From contig NZ_JARHZE010000041.1 in NCBI RefSeq assembly GCF_029258315.1, forward strand, positions 1 through 59,160: 59,160 nt of DNA. The letters are read 5' to 3'. Shown here one piece after another: positions 9,995-19,260 of this stretch. The stretch's first letter is position 1. The number at the start of each line of letters is the position of its first letter. A model generated the notes under the pieces. The model ran no database searches. It saw nothing but the letters and a program-made list of their open reading frames with translations, and had not been told where the DNA came from. A program made the translations under genes and the position numbers. This DNA comes from Fusobacterium sp. Lineage in GTDB: Bacteria > Fusobacteriota > Fusobacteriia > Fusobacteriales > Fusobacteriaceae.

Positions 9995-10894
9995 GTGTTT
10001 TTAATAAAAAAAATTTGTACATCAATAACAACACTTTTTTTAGTAACAGTAATAAGTTTTACTATTTTAAATGTTATTCCAGGGGATCCAATTTTATCAA
10101 AACTTGGAGTAGATGCTACAAAGGAACAGATAGTTGCATTAAAAAAAGAATATGGATTAGATAAACCGAAATATATTGCTTATGTAGAATGGTTAGGAGA
10201 TGATGTCAAAGGAGATATGGGACAGTCAATAAAGTATTCCACTCCTGTTAATAAACTGATATCTAAGAGAATGGGAGTTACTTTAAACCTAGCTAGTTCT
10301 GCAATGGTTATTACAATATTAGTTGGTTTTCCTCTAGGACTTTTATCAGCTATGAGAAATAAGAAAAAGGGAGATAAATTTTTATCGATATTTAATATGA
10401 TAGGGATATCAGTTCCATCTTTTTGGATAGGACTTTTACTTCTTATGATATTTGGTGTATATTTAAAACTTCCCATTAAAGTAGTAAATCAATTTTTACC
10501 AGCTATAACTTTGGCAATTTCACAGATCTCGATAACTTCCATATATTTAAAAAATATTATTTTGGAAGAGATGGATAAAGATTATGTGAAAGCTGGGATA
10601 GCAAGAGGAAGAGGTAAAAATGAAGTTATAGTGACAGATGTTTTAAGAAATATTTTATTTCCTATGCTAACAATAGTATCTGGACTTTTTATAAAAATAT
10701 TAGCTGGAAGTGTTATAGTTGAGAGTCTTTTTAATATACCAGGACTAGGAAGTTTAATGGTATTGGGAGTAGAAAATAGAGACTATCCAGTAGTTCAAGC
10801 TCTAGTGTTATACAGTGCAGTGGTCGTTATTGTAATAAATTTATTTACAGATTTATTATATTCATATGTAGACCCTAGAGTAAAAATTTCTTAG
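9995..10894 (+). CDS. Peptide/nickel ABC permease (OppB/DppB-like)
   Basis: 'IPGDP', 'PSFWIG', 'VESLFNIPGLG', 'DYPVVQ', 'DPRVK'; GTG start with SD AGGAG. Confidence 0.92.
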   Translation: MFLIKKICTSITTLFLVTVISFTILNVIPGDPILSKLGVDATKEQIVALKKEYGLDKPKYIAYVEWLGDDVKGDMGQSIKYSTPVNKLISKRMGVTLNLASSAMVITILVGFPLGLLSAMRNKKKGDKFLSIFNMIGISVPSFWIGLLLLMIFGVYLKLPIKVVNQFLPAITLAISQISITSIYLKNIILEEMDKDYVKAGIARGRGKNEVIVTDVLRNILFPMLTIVSGLFIKILAGSVIVESLFNIPGLGSLMVLGVENRDYPVVQALVLYSAVVVIVINLFTDLLYSYVDPRVKIS

Positions 10895-10904
10895 GGGTAT
10901 AAAA

Positions 10905-11720
10905 ATGAATAAAATTAAAAAAATAGATAAGAGGCTTTTATTTGGAGTAAGTTTCTTTTCAATATTGATATTGGCAATAATTTTAACTAAATTATTTAGT
11001 CCTTATGGAGTAACAACAATAGATGTTGAGAATAAATTAGCTAGTCCATCCTTAAATCATTTATTTGGAACTGATAAATTTGGAAGAGATATTTTTACAA
11101 GAATAATGGAAGGGGGAAAGATAGCCCTTTGTGTTGGAATCTCTTCTATAGGGATAGGACTTTCAGTGGGAAGTATTTTGGGAATGTATTCTGGCTATTC
11201 AGGTGGTTATGTAGATGAAATCATAATGAGAATAATAGATGCTTTTATGTCATTTCCAGGAATATTATTTGCTTTGATGATGATAACAGCCTTTGGCTCA
11301 GGGACTTATAATACAATATTAGTAATTGGTATAATGAACATACCTCATTTTACTCGTTTTGCTAGAGGTGAAACATTAAAAGAGAAGGAAAAAAATTATA
11401 CTTTATCTGCTAAAACAAGAGGAGCATCTGATTTATGGATATTAAGACACTATATTTTTCCAAATATAAGAGGAAAATTAATAGTATCAACAGCGCTTTC
11501 TTTAGGAGTTTCAATATTAACTGAGGCATCACTAAGTTATTTAGGTTTGGGAATACAAGCTCCATACCCAAGTTGGGGTTCGATGCTTAGAGAGGCTCAG
11601 ATATATTTCTTAACAGCTCCTTGGTATGCTATATTTCCAGGACTTTTTATAACTCTTACCATTTGTTCTATTAATTTAATAGGGGAATATGCAAGAGAAA
11701 AATATAATTCAAAAGGATAG
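10905..11720 (+). CDS. Peptide/nickel ABC permease (OppC/DppC-like)
   Basis: 'HLFGTDKFGRDIFTR', 'LSYLGLG', 'PSWGSML'. Confidence 0.92.
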   Translation: MNKIKKIDKRLLFGVSFFSILILAIILTKLFSPYGVTTIDVENKLASPSLNHLFGTDKFGRDIFTRIMEGGKIALCVGISSIGIGLSVGSILGMYSGYSGGYVDEIIMRIIDAFMSFPGILFALMMITAFGSGTYNTILVIGIMNIPHFTRFARGETLKEKEKNYTLSAKTRGASDLWILRHYIFPNIRGKLIVSTALSLGVSILTEASLSYLGLGIQAPYPSWGSMLREAQIYFLTAPWYAIFPGLFITLTICSINLIGEYAREKYNSKG

Positions 11721-11727
11721 GATAAAG

Positions 11728-12702
11728 ATGAATTTATTAGAAGTAAAAAATTTAAATATATCTGTTGATTATAACGACTCTCTTTTATCTTTAGTAGAAA
11801 ATTTAAATTTCAATGTAAAAAAAGGTGAAATTTTTGGAATAGTTGGAGAATCTGGTTGTGGAAAAAGTATATCTTCGAAAAGTATTATAAGAATTTTGGA
11901 AGATAGATTTCATCCAACAGGAAATATAATTTTTCAAGAGGAAAATTTATTAGAGCTAAGTGAAAAAGAGATGAAAAAAATTAGAGGAAATAAAATAAGT
12001 ATGGTCTTTCAAGATGCTTTAAGTGCATTAAATCCTCTGAAAAAAATAGGTAAACAAGTGGAAGAAACTTTAAAAATTCACAAAAAAAACCTTGGTAGAG
12101 ATGAAAGAAAGGAAAAAGTTTTAGAAATTTTAAAAGAGTGTGATATATATAAACCGGAAGAAGCTATTGAAAAATTTCCTCACGAACTTTCAGGTGGACA
12201 AAGACAAAGAGTAATGATAGCTATGGCTGTTATTTGTGAGCCGGATCTGATAATTTGTGATGAGTCAACAACAGCTCTGGATTTAAGAACTCAACTTAGA
12301 GTAATAAAACTTTTAAAAAAATTAAACAAAGAAAAAAATATGGCAATAATTTTTGTTTCTCATGATATAGCTCTTATAGAATCTATTTGTGATAGAGTTA
12401 TGGTAATGTATGGGGGAAGAAGTGTGGAGATTTTAGAAGGAAGTCTTAAAAATGCTAAACACCCTTATACAAGAGCCCTTTATAGTATGCTTTTTAGTAT
12501 GGATGATAAAAATAGAATGTTACCATATGTACCTGGTACAGTGATTTCTCCCCTTGTAAGAAAAAGAGAAAAATGTTATTTTGGTGACAGATGTAAGTAT
12601 TACAATAATTGTAAAGAAAATGATTTGGTTGAGGTAGAAAAAAATCATTTTGTAGCTTGTGAAAAGGTGATAGAAGATGTTGCTAGAAATAAAAAATCTT
12701 AA
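11728..12702 (+). CDS. Peptide/nickel ABC ATPase (OppD-like)
   Basis: GESGCGKS, LSGGQRQR, C-terminal Cys-containing oligopeptide-transporter tail; start at MNLLEVK. Confidence 0.92.
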   Translation: MNLLEVKNLNISVDYNDSLLSLVENLNFNVKKGEIFGIVGESGCGKSISSKSIIRILEDRFHPTGNIIFQEENLLELSEKEMKKIRGNKISMVFQDALSALNPLKKIGKQVEETLKIHKKNLGRDERKEKVLEILKECDIYKPEEAIEKFPHELSGGQRQRVMIAMAVICEPDLIICDESTTALDLRTQLRVIKLLKKLNKEKNMAIIFVSHDIALIESICDRVMVMYGGRSVEILEGSLKNAKHPYTRALYSMLFSMDDKNRMLPYVPGTVISPLVRKREKCYFGDRCKYYNNCKENDLVEVEKNHFVACEKVIEDVARNKKS

Positions 12703-13438
12703 TAAGTATTATGGTGAAAAACATGTGCTGAAAAATATATCTTTTTCAATAGAAGAGGGAGAAGTTTATGGACTTGTAGGGGAGTCTGGTTGTGGAAAAT
12801 CTACAACAGCAAGAGTTTTAACAGGACTTACTCCAGCTAAAAGTGGCGAGATAATTTTTCAAGGAAAGAGAGTGGACTGTAAAAAAATAAGTGGTTTTAG
12901 AGATATACAAATGGTATTTCAAGACCCGAACTCATCTCTTAATCCTATGAAAAAAATAAAATGGATATTGGAAGAGCCTTTTAAAATTAATAAAATAAAG
13001 TCTGTTAATGTAGATGAAAAAATAAAAGAGATGTTGACAATAGCAAATTTAAATGAGGATATTTTAGGAAAGTATCCTTATGAATTAAGTGGTGGACAAA
13101 AACAAAGAATAGCTATAATCCTTGCACTGCTTTCAAATCCAAAGCTATTAATAGCTGATGAGGCTGTTTCATCTCTAGATTTATCTGGACAGGCTAGTAT
13201 TTTAAATTTCTTTAAAAAACTACAAGTTGAATTAAAAGTTTCATATCTTTTTATATCTCATGATTTAAGAGTTGTTTATCATATGTGTGATAAGATAGGG
13301 GTTATGAGAAATGGTGAAATTGTAGAAGAGGGGACACCAGAGGAGATATATAGAAATCCAAAACATGAATATACGAAGGCTTTATTAAAAGCGCTTCCAG
13401 GTTCTTATGAATTTGAAAAAGAACTAGAAAATATATAG
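12677..13438 (+). CDS. Peptide/nickel ABC ATPase (OppF-like)
   Basis: [17 protein letters not shown], 'PKHEYTKALL'. Confidence 0.92.
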   Translation: MLLEIKNLNKYYGEKHVLKNISFSIEEGEVYGLVGESGCGKSTTARVLTGLTPAKSGEIIFQGKRVDCKKISGFRDIQMVFQDPNSSLNPMKKIKWILEEPFKINKIKSVNVDEKIKEMLTIANLNEDILGKYPYELSGGQKQRIAIILALLSNPKLLIADEAVSSLDLSGQASILNFFKKLQVELKVSYLFISHDLRVVYHMCDKIGVMRNGEIVEEGTPEEIYRNPKHEYTKALLKALPGSYEFEKELENI

Positions 13439-13440
13439 AA

Positions 13441-13503
13441 AAATAAAAGGGGGTTGTTGTAAATTGATATTTTTTTTATTAATTTCCTCAACTCCTTTTA
13501 TTT
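13441..13503. terminator. Long inverted repeat / terminator after the ABC operon
   Basis: AAATAAAAGGGGGTTG...CAACTCCTTTTATTT. Confidence 0.6.
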
Positions 13504-13550
13504 TAGAGAAAAAATAGAAATTATTTTTATATGACAAGTTGATTTAAATA

Positions 13551-13588
13551 AAAAATGCTGAAAAGAAATTTTTCTTTTCAGCACTTTT
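13551..13588 (-). terminator. Terminator after the ltaE-nudix operon
   Basis: TGCTGAAAAGAAA/TTTCTTTTCAGCA with flanking A-run. Confidence 0.7.
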
Positions 13589-13624
13589 ATATGAACTTTT
13601 AAAAATGCATCAGCCATTTTATTT

Positions 13625-14266
13625 TTACTCACAGTAAGTTTCAATGATATTATTTGTAGCTCTATCAAATAACATTTTAATTTGTTCTTCTAAAATTCTA
13701 GCTGTTGAAAGAGGGGGAAGACTATTTATATTAAAGTATTTAACATTTGTAATATCAAAAGTTGTTTTTAAGTTTCCTTCTAATTTTTTACACAAGAATA
13801 CTATCTTATATGTATAGAAAGGCTCACTAGGGTGGTTGTAGAATTTTTTATCCAAGATAGCAAGAACTCTAACAACTTCAACATCAAGTCCAGTTTCCTC
13901 TTTCATTTCTTTAACCATAACTTCTTTAGGAGAAAATCCAATATCGCACCATCCACCAGGGATAGACCATTTACCAGGATCAAGTTTTTCTTCTACCATA
14001 AGAATTTCATCATTTTCATTAAGTAATAATCCACGAACTTCAACCTTAGGTGTAGGATACTCTTTTATAGGTAAATAAAAATTATGTAGTTTTTCAAGGG
14101 AGATATTTTCATCAGTCAAAATATCTAAAATTCTTAAATTTATCTCTTTAAGTTCTCTATATCTTTCATCATCATATCCATTATGGGCATAAAGAATACC
14201 TAAATCACTAAGAGTTAGATTTCTTTTTACCAGATTGATTAATTCTAATAATGTTTTATTTTCCAT
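13625..14266 (-). CDS. Nudix hydrolase (ADP-ribose pyrophosphatase-like, with N-terminal extension)
   Basis: 'YPTPKVEVRG', Nudix box 'PGGWCDIGFSPKEVMVKEMKEETGL'; start at MENKT (SD AGGTGA). Confidence 0.88.
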   Translation of the reverse strand: MENKTLLELINLVKRNLTLSDLGILYAHNGYDDERYRELKEINLRILDILTDENISLEKLHNFYLPIKEYPTPKVEVRGLLLNENDEILMVEEKLDPGKWSIPGGWCDIGFSPKEVMVKEMKEETGLDVEVVRVLAILDKKFYNHPSEPFYTYKIVFLCKKLEGNLKTTFDITNVKYFNINSLPPLSTARILEEQIKMLFDRATNNIIETYCE

Positions 14267-14275
14267 ATCTATCAC

Positions 14276-15313
14276 CTATCTTATAAATTTATAATTTTCT
14301 TCAAAGTCTTTTATAAATAAATCTACATTCTCCTCTTTAGTAGCCCAAGAAGTAACAAATCTTACAACGGAATGCTTATCATCATATTTTTCTATAAAGC
14401 TAAACTTATATTTTTTTTCAATCTCTTCAATCATCTTGTTTGAAAAAATTAAGAAAAGTTGATTTGTATAAGAATCAGTGATAAGTTTTATATTATTTTT
14501 AACAAAAACTTCTTTTAATTTAAGAGCCATTTTATTTGCATGTTCTCCACACTTAATATAAAGATTATCTGTAAATAGTTCGTTGAATTGAATTCCTAAA
14601 AGTCTTCCTTTAGCAAGTAAAGCTCCTCTTAATTTAATACTAAATTGAAAACCATCTATTAAAGTTTTATTAAAGAAAACAACAGCTTCTCCAAATAAAG
14701 CTCCTGATTTTGTTCCACCAATATAAAGAGCATCACATAAATTTTTGTAATCAGATAAATTTATATCATTTTTTATAGATGCTAAAGCAGAAGAAAGTCT
14801 AGCTCCATCAATATAAAAATATAAGTTTTTCTTTTTACAAAAAGAATAAATTTCTTCTAATTCTTTTTTTGTATATAGAGCTCCAATCTCATTTGGATTT
14901 GAAATATAAACCATCTTAGGTTGAACCATATGAGCATCAGTATGAATATCTAAAATATTTTGAATAAGTTCTGGAGTTAATTTTCCATCAATCCCTTTAG
15001 CTGTTAAAACTTTATGCCCACTTCCTTCAATAGCTCCTGTTTCATGGACATTTATATGCCCTATATCAGAAGAGATAACAGCCTGATAAGGTTTTAATAT
15101 GTGAGAGATAACAACTAAATTTGTTTGTGTCCCCCCAACTAAAAATCTGATGTGGCAATCTTCACAATCTAGAGATTTTTTAATTTTTTCATAAGCTTTA
15201 AGAGTGTAAATATCTTCTCCATAGCCGTCTGTTTGTTCTAAGTTTGTTGTGGTTAAAGCTTGAATAATATTTGAATGAGCCCCTTCGCTATAATCATTAT
15301 TAAAACTTATCAT
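14276..15313 (-). CDS. ltaE: Low-specificity L-threonine aldolase family (PLP)
   Basis: 'MISFNNDYSEGAH', 'GGTQTN', 'HETGAIE', 'DGARL', 'GGTKSG'; ATG at 15313 with SD GAGGAGG. Confidence 0.88.
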   Translation of the reverse strand: MISFNNDYSEGAHSNIIQALTTTNLEQTDGYGEDIYTLKAYEKIKKSLDCEDCHIRFLVGGTQTNLVVISHILKPYQAVISSDIGHINVHETGAIEGSGHKVLTAKGIDGKLTPELIQNILDIHTDAHMVQPKMVYISNPNEIGALYTKKELEEIYSFCKKKNLYFYIDGARLSSALASIKNDINLSDYKNLCDALYIGGTKSGALFGEAVVFFNKTLIDGFQFSIKLRGALLAKGRLLGIQFNELFTDNLYIKCGEHANKMALKLKEVFVKNNIKLITDSYTNQLFLIFSNKMIEEIEKKYKFSFIEKYDDKHSVVRFVTSWATKEENVDLFIKDFEENYKFIR

Positions 15314-15527
15314 AGTAATCCTCCTCAATTTTTTTATTTTATTGTCTAAAATATTTAATTTATTTTTTAACTTTTAAAGACTAAATATAAAAAATTATAA
15401 TTATCAATCTCTTTAGGATAGTTAAATCATAGTAGTTATTTAATAAAAAAATTATATCATTATTTAATTTTTATTTCAAAGAAAAACAAATAATTTTAAT
15501 AAAAAATAAAAAAAGCAAAAGAAAAGG

Positions 15528-15556
15528 TTGACAAAATAGAATTAATTTGCTATCAT
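15528..15556 (+). promoter_or_regulatory. Sigma70 promoter for the amino-acid ABC operon leader
   Basis: TTGACA(15528-15533)-17 nt-TATCAT(15551-15556) with TG extension. Confidence 0.75.
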
Positions 15557-15595
15557 TACTTAAAATAAAAAAATTAGTATTTAGGAGATAAAAAA

Positions 15596-15637
15596 ATGGT
15601 ATTCAAAATCAGGCAAGAAAGGAATAGAATTAATTAA
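15596..15637 (+). CDS. Putative Arg-containing leader peptide MVFKIRQERNRIN
   Basis: SD AGGAG upstream; Arg codons AGG, AGG, AGA; followed by hairpins and terminators before the permease. Confidence 0.6.
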   Translation: MVFKIRQERNRIN

Positions 15638-15767
15638 CGAATTTAATATCGTTTCTTTGAGCTTGTCTAAAAATATCCTTTTTTCTTTGTAAAGATTAGA
15701 AACCCTGTAAAGAGGGTTTTTATGAGCATAGATTTTGTAATAATTTTTATTACTAGAGAGATGTTGA

Positions 15768-15799
15768 GGCTTAGTTTCAGAGGAAATTAAGCTTTTTTT
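15768..15799 (+). terminator. Attenuator-type terminator in the ABC operon leader
   Basis: GCTTAGTTTC(15769-15778)/GAAATTAAGC(15783-15792) followed by T7. Confidence 0.75.
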
Positions 15800-15847
15800 A
15801 TTACTTGTTTAAAATTTAATTATATATAAAGATTACTAGGAGGGAAA

Positions 15848-16561
15848 ATGTTAGATTATTTAAACACATTACAGGAAATTTTTATTGGGGGAGAAAGATA
15901 TAAGTATATATTACAAGGACTTTCTTTTTCTGTGGGGGTGACATTATTTTCAGCAATATTAGGAATAATATTGGGAGTTTTATTAGCTATTATGAGAATT
16001 TCAGATTTTCGTCCATTTAAAAATAGTAAAAATGAAAAATGGAGAAACTGCAATCCGTTATCTGATATTTCTATTGTATACACAGATTTAATAAGAGGAA
16101 CACCAGCAGTTGTACAACTTATGATATTAGCAAATATAATTTTTGCAGGATTTAGAGATATGCCAGCATTTTTAACAGCAGGAATAGCTTTTGGAATTAA
16201 CTCAGGTGCTTATGTTTGTGAGATTATAAGAGCAGGAATCGAAGGACTTGATAAAGGGCAAATGGAAGCAGCAAGAGCTTTAGGAATGCCATATTCACTA
16301 GCTATGAAGGAGATAATTATTCCTCAAGCTGTAAGAAAAATTTTACCAGCACTTGTAAGTGAATTTATTACATTATTAAAAGAAACTTCGATAGTTGGAT
16401 TTATTGGAGGGGTAGATTTATTACGTTCAGCAAATATAATCACAAGCCAAACTTATAGAGGTGTAGAACCATTATTAGCAGTTGGTTTAATATATTTAAT
16501 AATGACAGGAATATTTACTAAATTTATGAGAAAAGTTGAAAAGGGGTTGAAAAATGATTAA
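15848..16561 (+). CDS. Polar amino-acid ABC permease (ArtQ/GlnP-like)
   Basis: 'IRGTP', '[14 protein letters not shown]...[10 protein letters not shown]', 'LLKETS'. Confidence 0.93.
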   Translation: MLDYLNTLQEIFIGGERYKYILQGLSFSVGVTLFSAILGIILGVLLAIMRISDFRPFKNSKNEKWRNCNPLSDISIVYTDLIRGTPAVVQLMILANIIFAGFRDMPAFLTAGIAFGINSGAYVCEIIRAGIEGLDKGQMEAARALGMPYSLAMKEIIIPQAVRKILPALVSEFITLLKETSIVGFIGGVDLLRSANIITSQTYRGVEPLLAVGLIYLIMTGIFTKFMRKVEKGLKND

Positions 16562-17282
16562 GGTTGAGCATTTATATAAAAATTATGGAAAAGTGGAAGT
16601 ATTAAAAGATATTTCAGTTGAGATAAAAAAAGGGGAAGTTATAGCAGTAATAGGACCATCAGGAAGTGGAAAATCAACTTTTTTAAGATGTCTTAATAAA
16701 CTTGAAGAGCCTACAAAAGGAAATATATATATCAATGAGAAAAATTTAATGGATGAGAGTACAAATATAAATAAGATAAGAGAAAATGTGGGAATGGTTT
16801 TCCAACATTTTAATCTTTTCCCACATAAAACAGTTTTAGAAAATTTAACAATAGCACCATTAAAAGTAAAAAATGCAAATTTAGATGAAATTAACAAAAA
16901 AGCTATAAAGCTTTTAGAAAAGGTTGGACTTGCAAATAAAGCAGATGCTTATCCAGATCAATTATCTGGAGGACAAAAACAAAGAATAGCAATAGCAAGA
17001 GCCCTTGCTATGGATCCAGAAGTAATACTTTTTGATGAACCTACATCAGCTCTTGATCCAGAAATGATAAAAGAAGTTTTAGATGTTATGAAGGATCTAG
17101 CTGAAGAGGGAATGACAATGATAATAGTAACTCACGAAATGGGATTTGCTAAAAATGTTGCAGATAGAGTTTTCTTTATGGATAGAGGAAATATTTTAGA
17201 GGATGACTCGCCAGAGGTTATATTTAATAATCCAAAACATGAAAGAACAAAAGAATTTTTAAATAAAGTTTTAAATCGTTAG
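16554..17282 (+). CDS. Polar amino-acid ABC ATPase (GlnQ/ArtP-like)
   Basis: GPSGSGKST, '[12 protein letters not shown]', LSGGQKQR, '[11 protein letters not shown]'. Confidence 0.95.
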   Translation: MIKVEHLYKNYGKVEVLKDISVEIKKGEVIAVIGPSGSGKSTFLRCLNKLEEPTKGNIYINEKNLMDESTNINKIRENVGMVFQHFNLFPHKTVLENLTIAPLKVKNANLDEINKKAIKLLEKVGLANKADAYPDQLSGGQKQRIAIARALAMDPEVILFDEPTSALDPEMIKEVLDVMKDLAEEGMTMIIVTHEMGFAKNVADRVFFMDRGNILEDDSPEVIFNNPKHERTKEFLNKVLNR

Positions 17283-17313
17283 TAATATAATAATTATAAA
17301 TGGAGGTAATTTT

Positions 17314-18039
17314 ATGAAAAAAGTTTTTAAGGTATGTGGAATTTTATTAGCAATGTTTATGTTTGTGGCTTGTGGAAAAGAGGAGAAAAAAGTTTTATAT
17401 GTGGGAACAAATGCTGAGTTTCCTCCTTTTGAATATTTGGAGAAAGATCAAATGGTTGGGTTTGATATAGACTTTATAAATGCTTTAGGAAAAGAATTAG
17501 GAAAAGAGATAGTTATGAAAGATATGAGTTTTGATGGACTTTTACCAGCATTACAATCTAAAAAAGTTGATATAGTTATAGCTGGAATGACAGCAAGTGA
17601 GGAAAGAAAAAATGCTGTTAACTTCTCTGAACCTTATTATTCAGCAAATCAAGTAATTGTATTAAATGAAAATAATACAGATATTAAAGATTTTGAAGAT
17701 TTAAAAGATAAAAAAATAGGGGTTATGCTAGGATTTACTGGAGATTTAGTTATTACAGAGATGGGGCTTCCTTCAGAAAAATTCAGTGCTGCTTATGCAG
17801 GAATAATGGCATTACAAAATGGTAAATTAGATGCAGTAGTTTTAGATTCTGAAACAGCTACAAGCTATGTAAAAAATAATAAAGGGTTAAAATTAGCTGA
17901 AGGAAAAGGTGAATCTGAAGATTATGCAATAGCAATAAGAAAAGATGATAAACAATTATTAGAAGATATAAATAAAGCTATTGTTACTTTAAAATCAAAT
18001 GGAGAATTTGATAAAATATTAAAAAAATATTTTAACTAG
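17314..18039 (+). CDS. Basic amino-acid ABC substrate-binding lipoprotein
   Basis: Lipobox FVAC, 'GTNAEFPPFEY', 'GFDID'. Confidence 0.9.
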   Translation: MKKVFKVCGILLAMFMFVACGKEEKKVLYVGTNAEFPPFEYLEKDQMVGFDIDFINALGKELGKEIVMKDMSFDGLLPALQSKKVDIVIAGMTASEERKNAVNFSEPYYSANQVIVLNENNTDIKDFEDLKDKKIGVMLGFTGDLVITEMGLPSEKFSAAYAGIMALQNGKLDAVVLDSETATSYVKNNKGLKLAEGKGESEDYAIAIRKDDKQLLEDINKAIVTLKSNGEFDKILKKYFN

Positions 18040-18052
18040 AAATTAATAAATA

Positions 18053-18138
18053 AAAAATGCTGATATTTTAGTGTGCTGCACCCCTTTTCTTAGTTGTCTA
18101 AGATTTTGGGTGCAGTACAATTTTAGTCAGCATTTTTT
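18053..18138. terminator. Bidirectional terminator interrupted by a mini-element
   Basis: AAAAAATGCTGA...TCAGCATTTTTT outer stem between convergent genes. Confidence 0.7.
18072..18119. mobile_element. 48-bp MITE-like element made of two abutted IS3-family-type inverted repeats
   Basis: TGTGCTGCACCC...GGGTGCAGTACA (TG...CA ends), flanked by direct repeat ATTTTAG (18065-18071, 18120-18126). Confidence 0.7.
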
Positions 18139-18160
18139 ATTTTCTCAAGAAATTTATATT

Positions 18161-18628
18161 TTATTTTTCCAAAGGTTTTATAAAAATTTGAACCCAATAG
18201 AAATCTCCGTTTTTATCCAATCCCTGAGCAACACCTAAATGTGTGAATTTAGGATTTAGAATATTAGCTCTATGTCCCTTTGAATTCATCCAAAGCTTCA
18301 TTGTTTCTTCTGGAGTTTTTGTTTTTTTAGCAAGATTTTCTCCAGCAGTGGAGTAAGAAATTTTATTATCTTTTATAAAATCCCCGAAAGAACGATAACC
18401 TCCAGCTAGGTGATTAAGTTTTCCCTCTCTGATAACAAGTTTAATTTTACGTTGAGCAACTTTATTTAAATTTTTATCAAGAGTAAGAGGGGCAATTCCA
18501 ACTTTTTCCCTTTCGATGTTTACAAGATTAAGAATTTCTTTTTCAAAGTTTTGATTTTTTGAAAAAGTTAAAGAAAAATTAAGCGTAAAAATAATAAAAA
18601 ATATAAAAAGTGATTTTATTTTTTTCAT
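18161..18628 (-). CDS. Secreted CAP/SCP domain protein (YkwD-like)
   Basis: 'LVNIEREKVG', 'AGENLA', 'WMNSKGHRANIL', 'YWVQIF'; signal peptide. Confidence 0.9.
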   Translation of the reverse strand: MKKIKSLFIFFIIFTLNFSLTFSKNQNFEKEILNLVNIEREKVGIAPLTLDKNLNKVAQRKIKLVIREGKLNHLAGGYRSFGDFIKDNKISYSTAGENLAKKTKTPEETMKLWMNSKGHRANILNPKFTHLGVAQGLDKNGDFYWVQIFIKPLEK

Positions 18629-18896
18629 TAAAGTCCTCCTTAAAAAAATATAAAAAAATCCCTATATCTTTTGAGATAAAGGGATCTGAAATTATTATAT
18701 CATTAAAATAAAAAAATAGAAATTATTTTTTAATAAATTCTAAGTGGTAAAAATTCTCTACAAAAATTTTATTTAAAACATTTGCAGTAGAACCATGGGA
18801 AGATATTAAAATAATTAATAGTACTGATATAAAAATATAGTATGAACTGTATTAAAAGTTGAAAGAGTAAAAAAAATAAAAGTAAAGAAAAAATAC

Positions 18897-18925
18897 TTGA
18901 CAAACTTTTGAAAAACTTATATAAT
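18897..18925 (+). promoter_or_regulatory. Sigma70 promoter of ylxM-ffh-rpsP
   Basis: Perfect TTGACA-17 nt-TATAAT. Confidence 0.85.
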
Positions 18926-18940
18926 AGTTTGGTGATATAC

Positions 18941-19252
18941 ATGGAATTAAAAGAAATGATTGAAATAGGAATTCTATTGGATTATTATAAAGAACTTTTA
19001 ACAGAAAAACAAAGTAAGTATTTGATAGAATACTTTGAAGAGGATTTATCACTTACAGAGATAGCAGAAAATTATGGAATTAGTAGACAGGCTGTATATG
19101 ATAATGTTAAAAGAGGAATAAAAATATTAAGAAATTATGAAGAAAAGTTAAAATTTTACGAAAGAGATAAAGAACTTCGTAAAGAGCTTTTAGAACTAAA
19201 GGAAAACTTTAGAATAGAAAAACTTGATGAAATTATAGAAAAATTAAGTTAG
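18941..19252 (+). CDS. ylxM: YlxM (UPF0122) DNA-binding/SRP-associated protein
   Basis: 'LLDYYKELLTEKQ...DLSLTEIAE..GISRQAVYDNVKR...YEEKL'; precedes ffh; start 18941 lies downstream of the promoter. Confidence 0.92.
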   Translation: MELKEMIEIGILLDYYKELLTEKQSKYLIEYFEEDLSLTEIAENYGISRQAVYDNVKRGIKILRNYEEKLKFYERDKELRKELLELKENFRIEKLDEIIEKLS

Positions 19253-19260
19253 GAGAGAAT

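Noticed and set aside
18655-18800. Hairpins between the CAP gene and ylxM as a possible sRNA or attenuator
   Set aside because: The 18658-18685 hairpin lies at the predicted 5' end of the CAP transcript, and the 18745-18796 pairing is weak with no clear promoter/terminator pair
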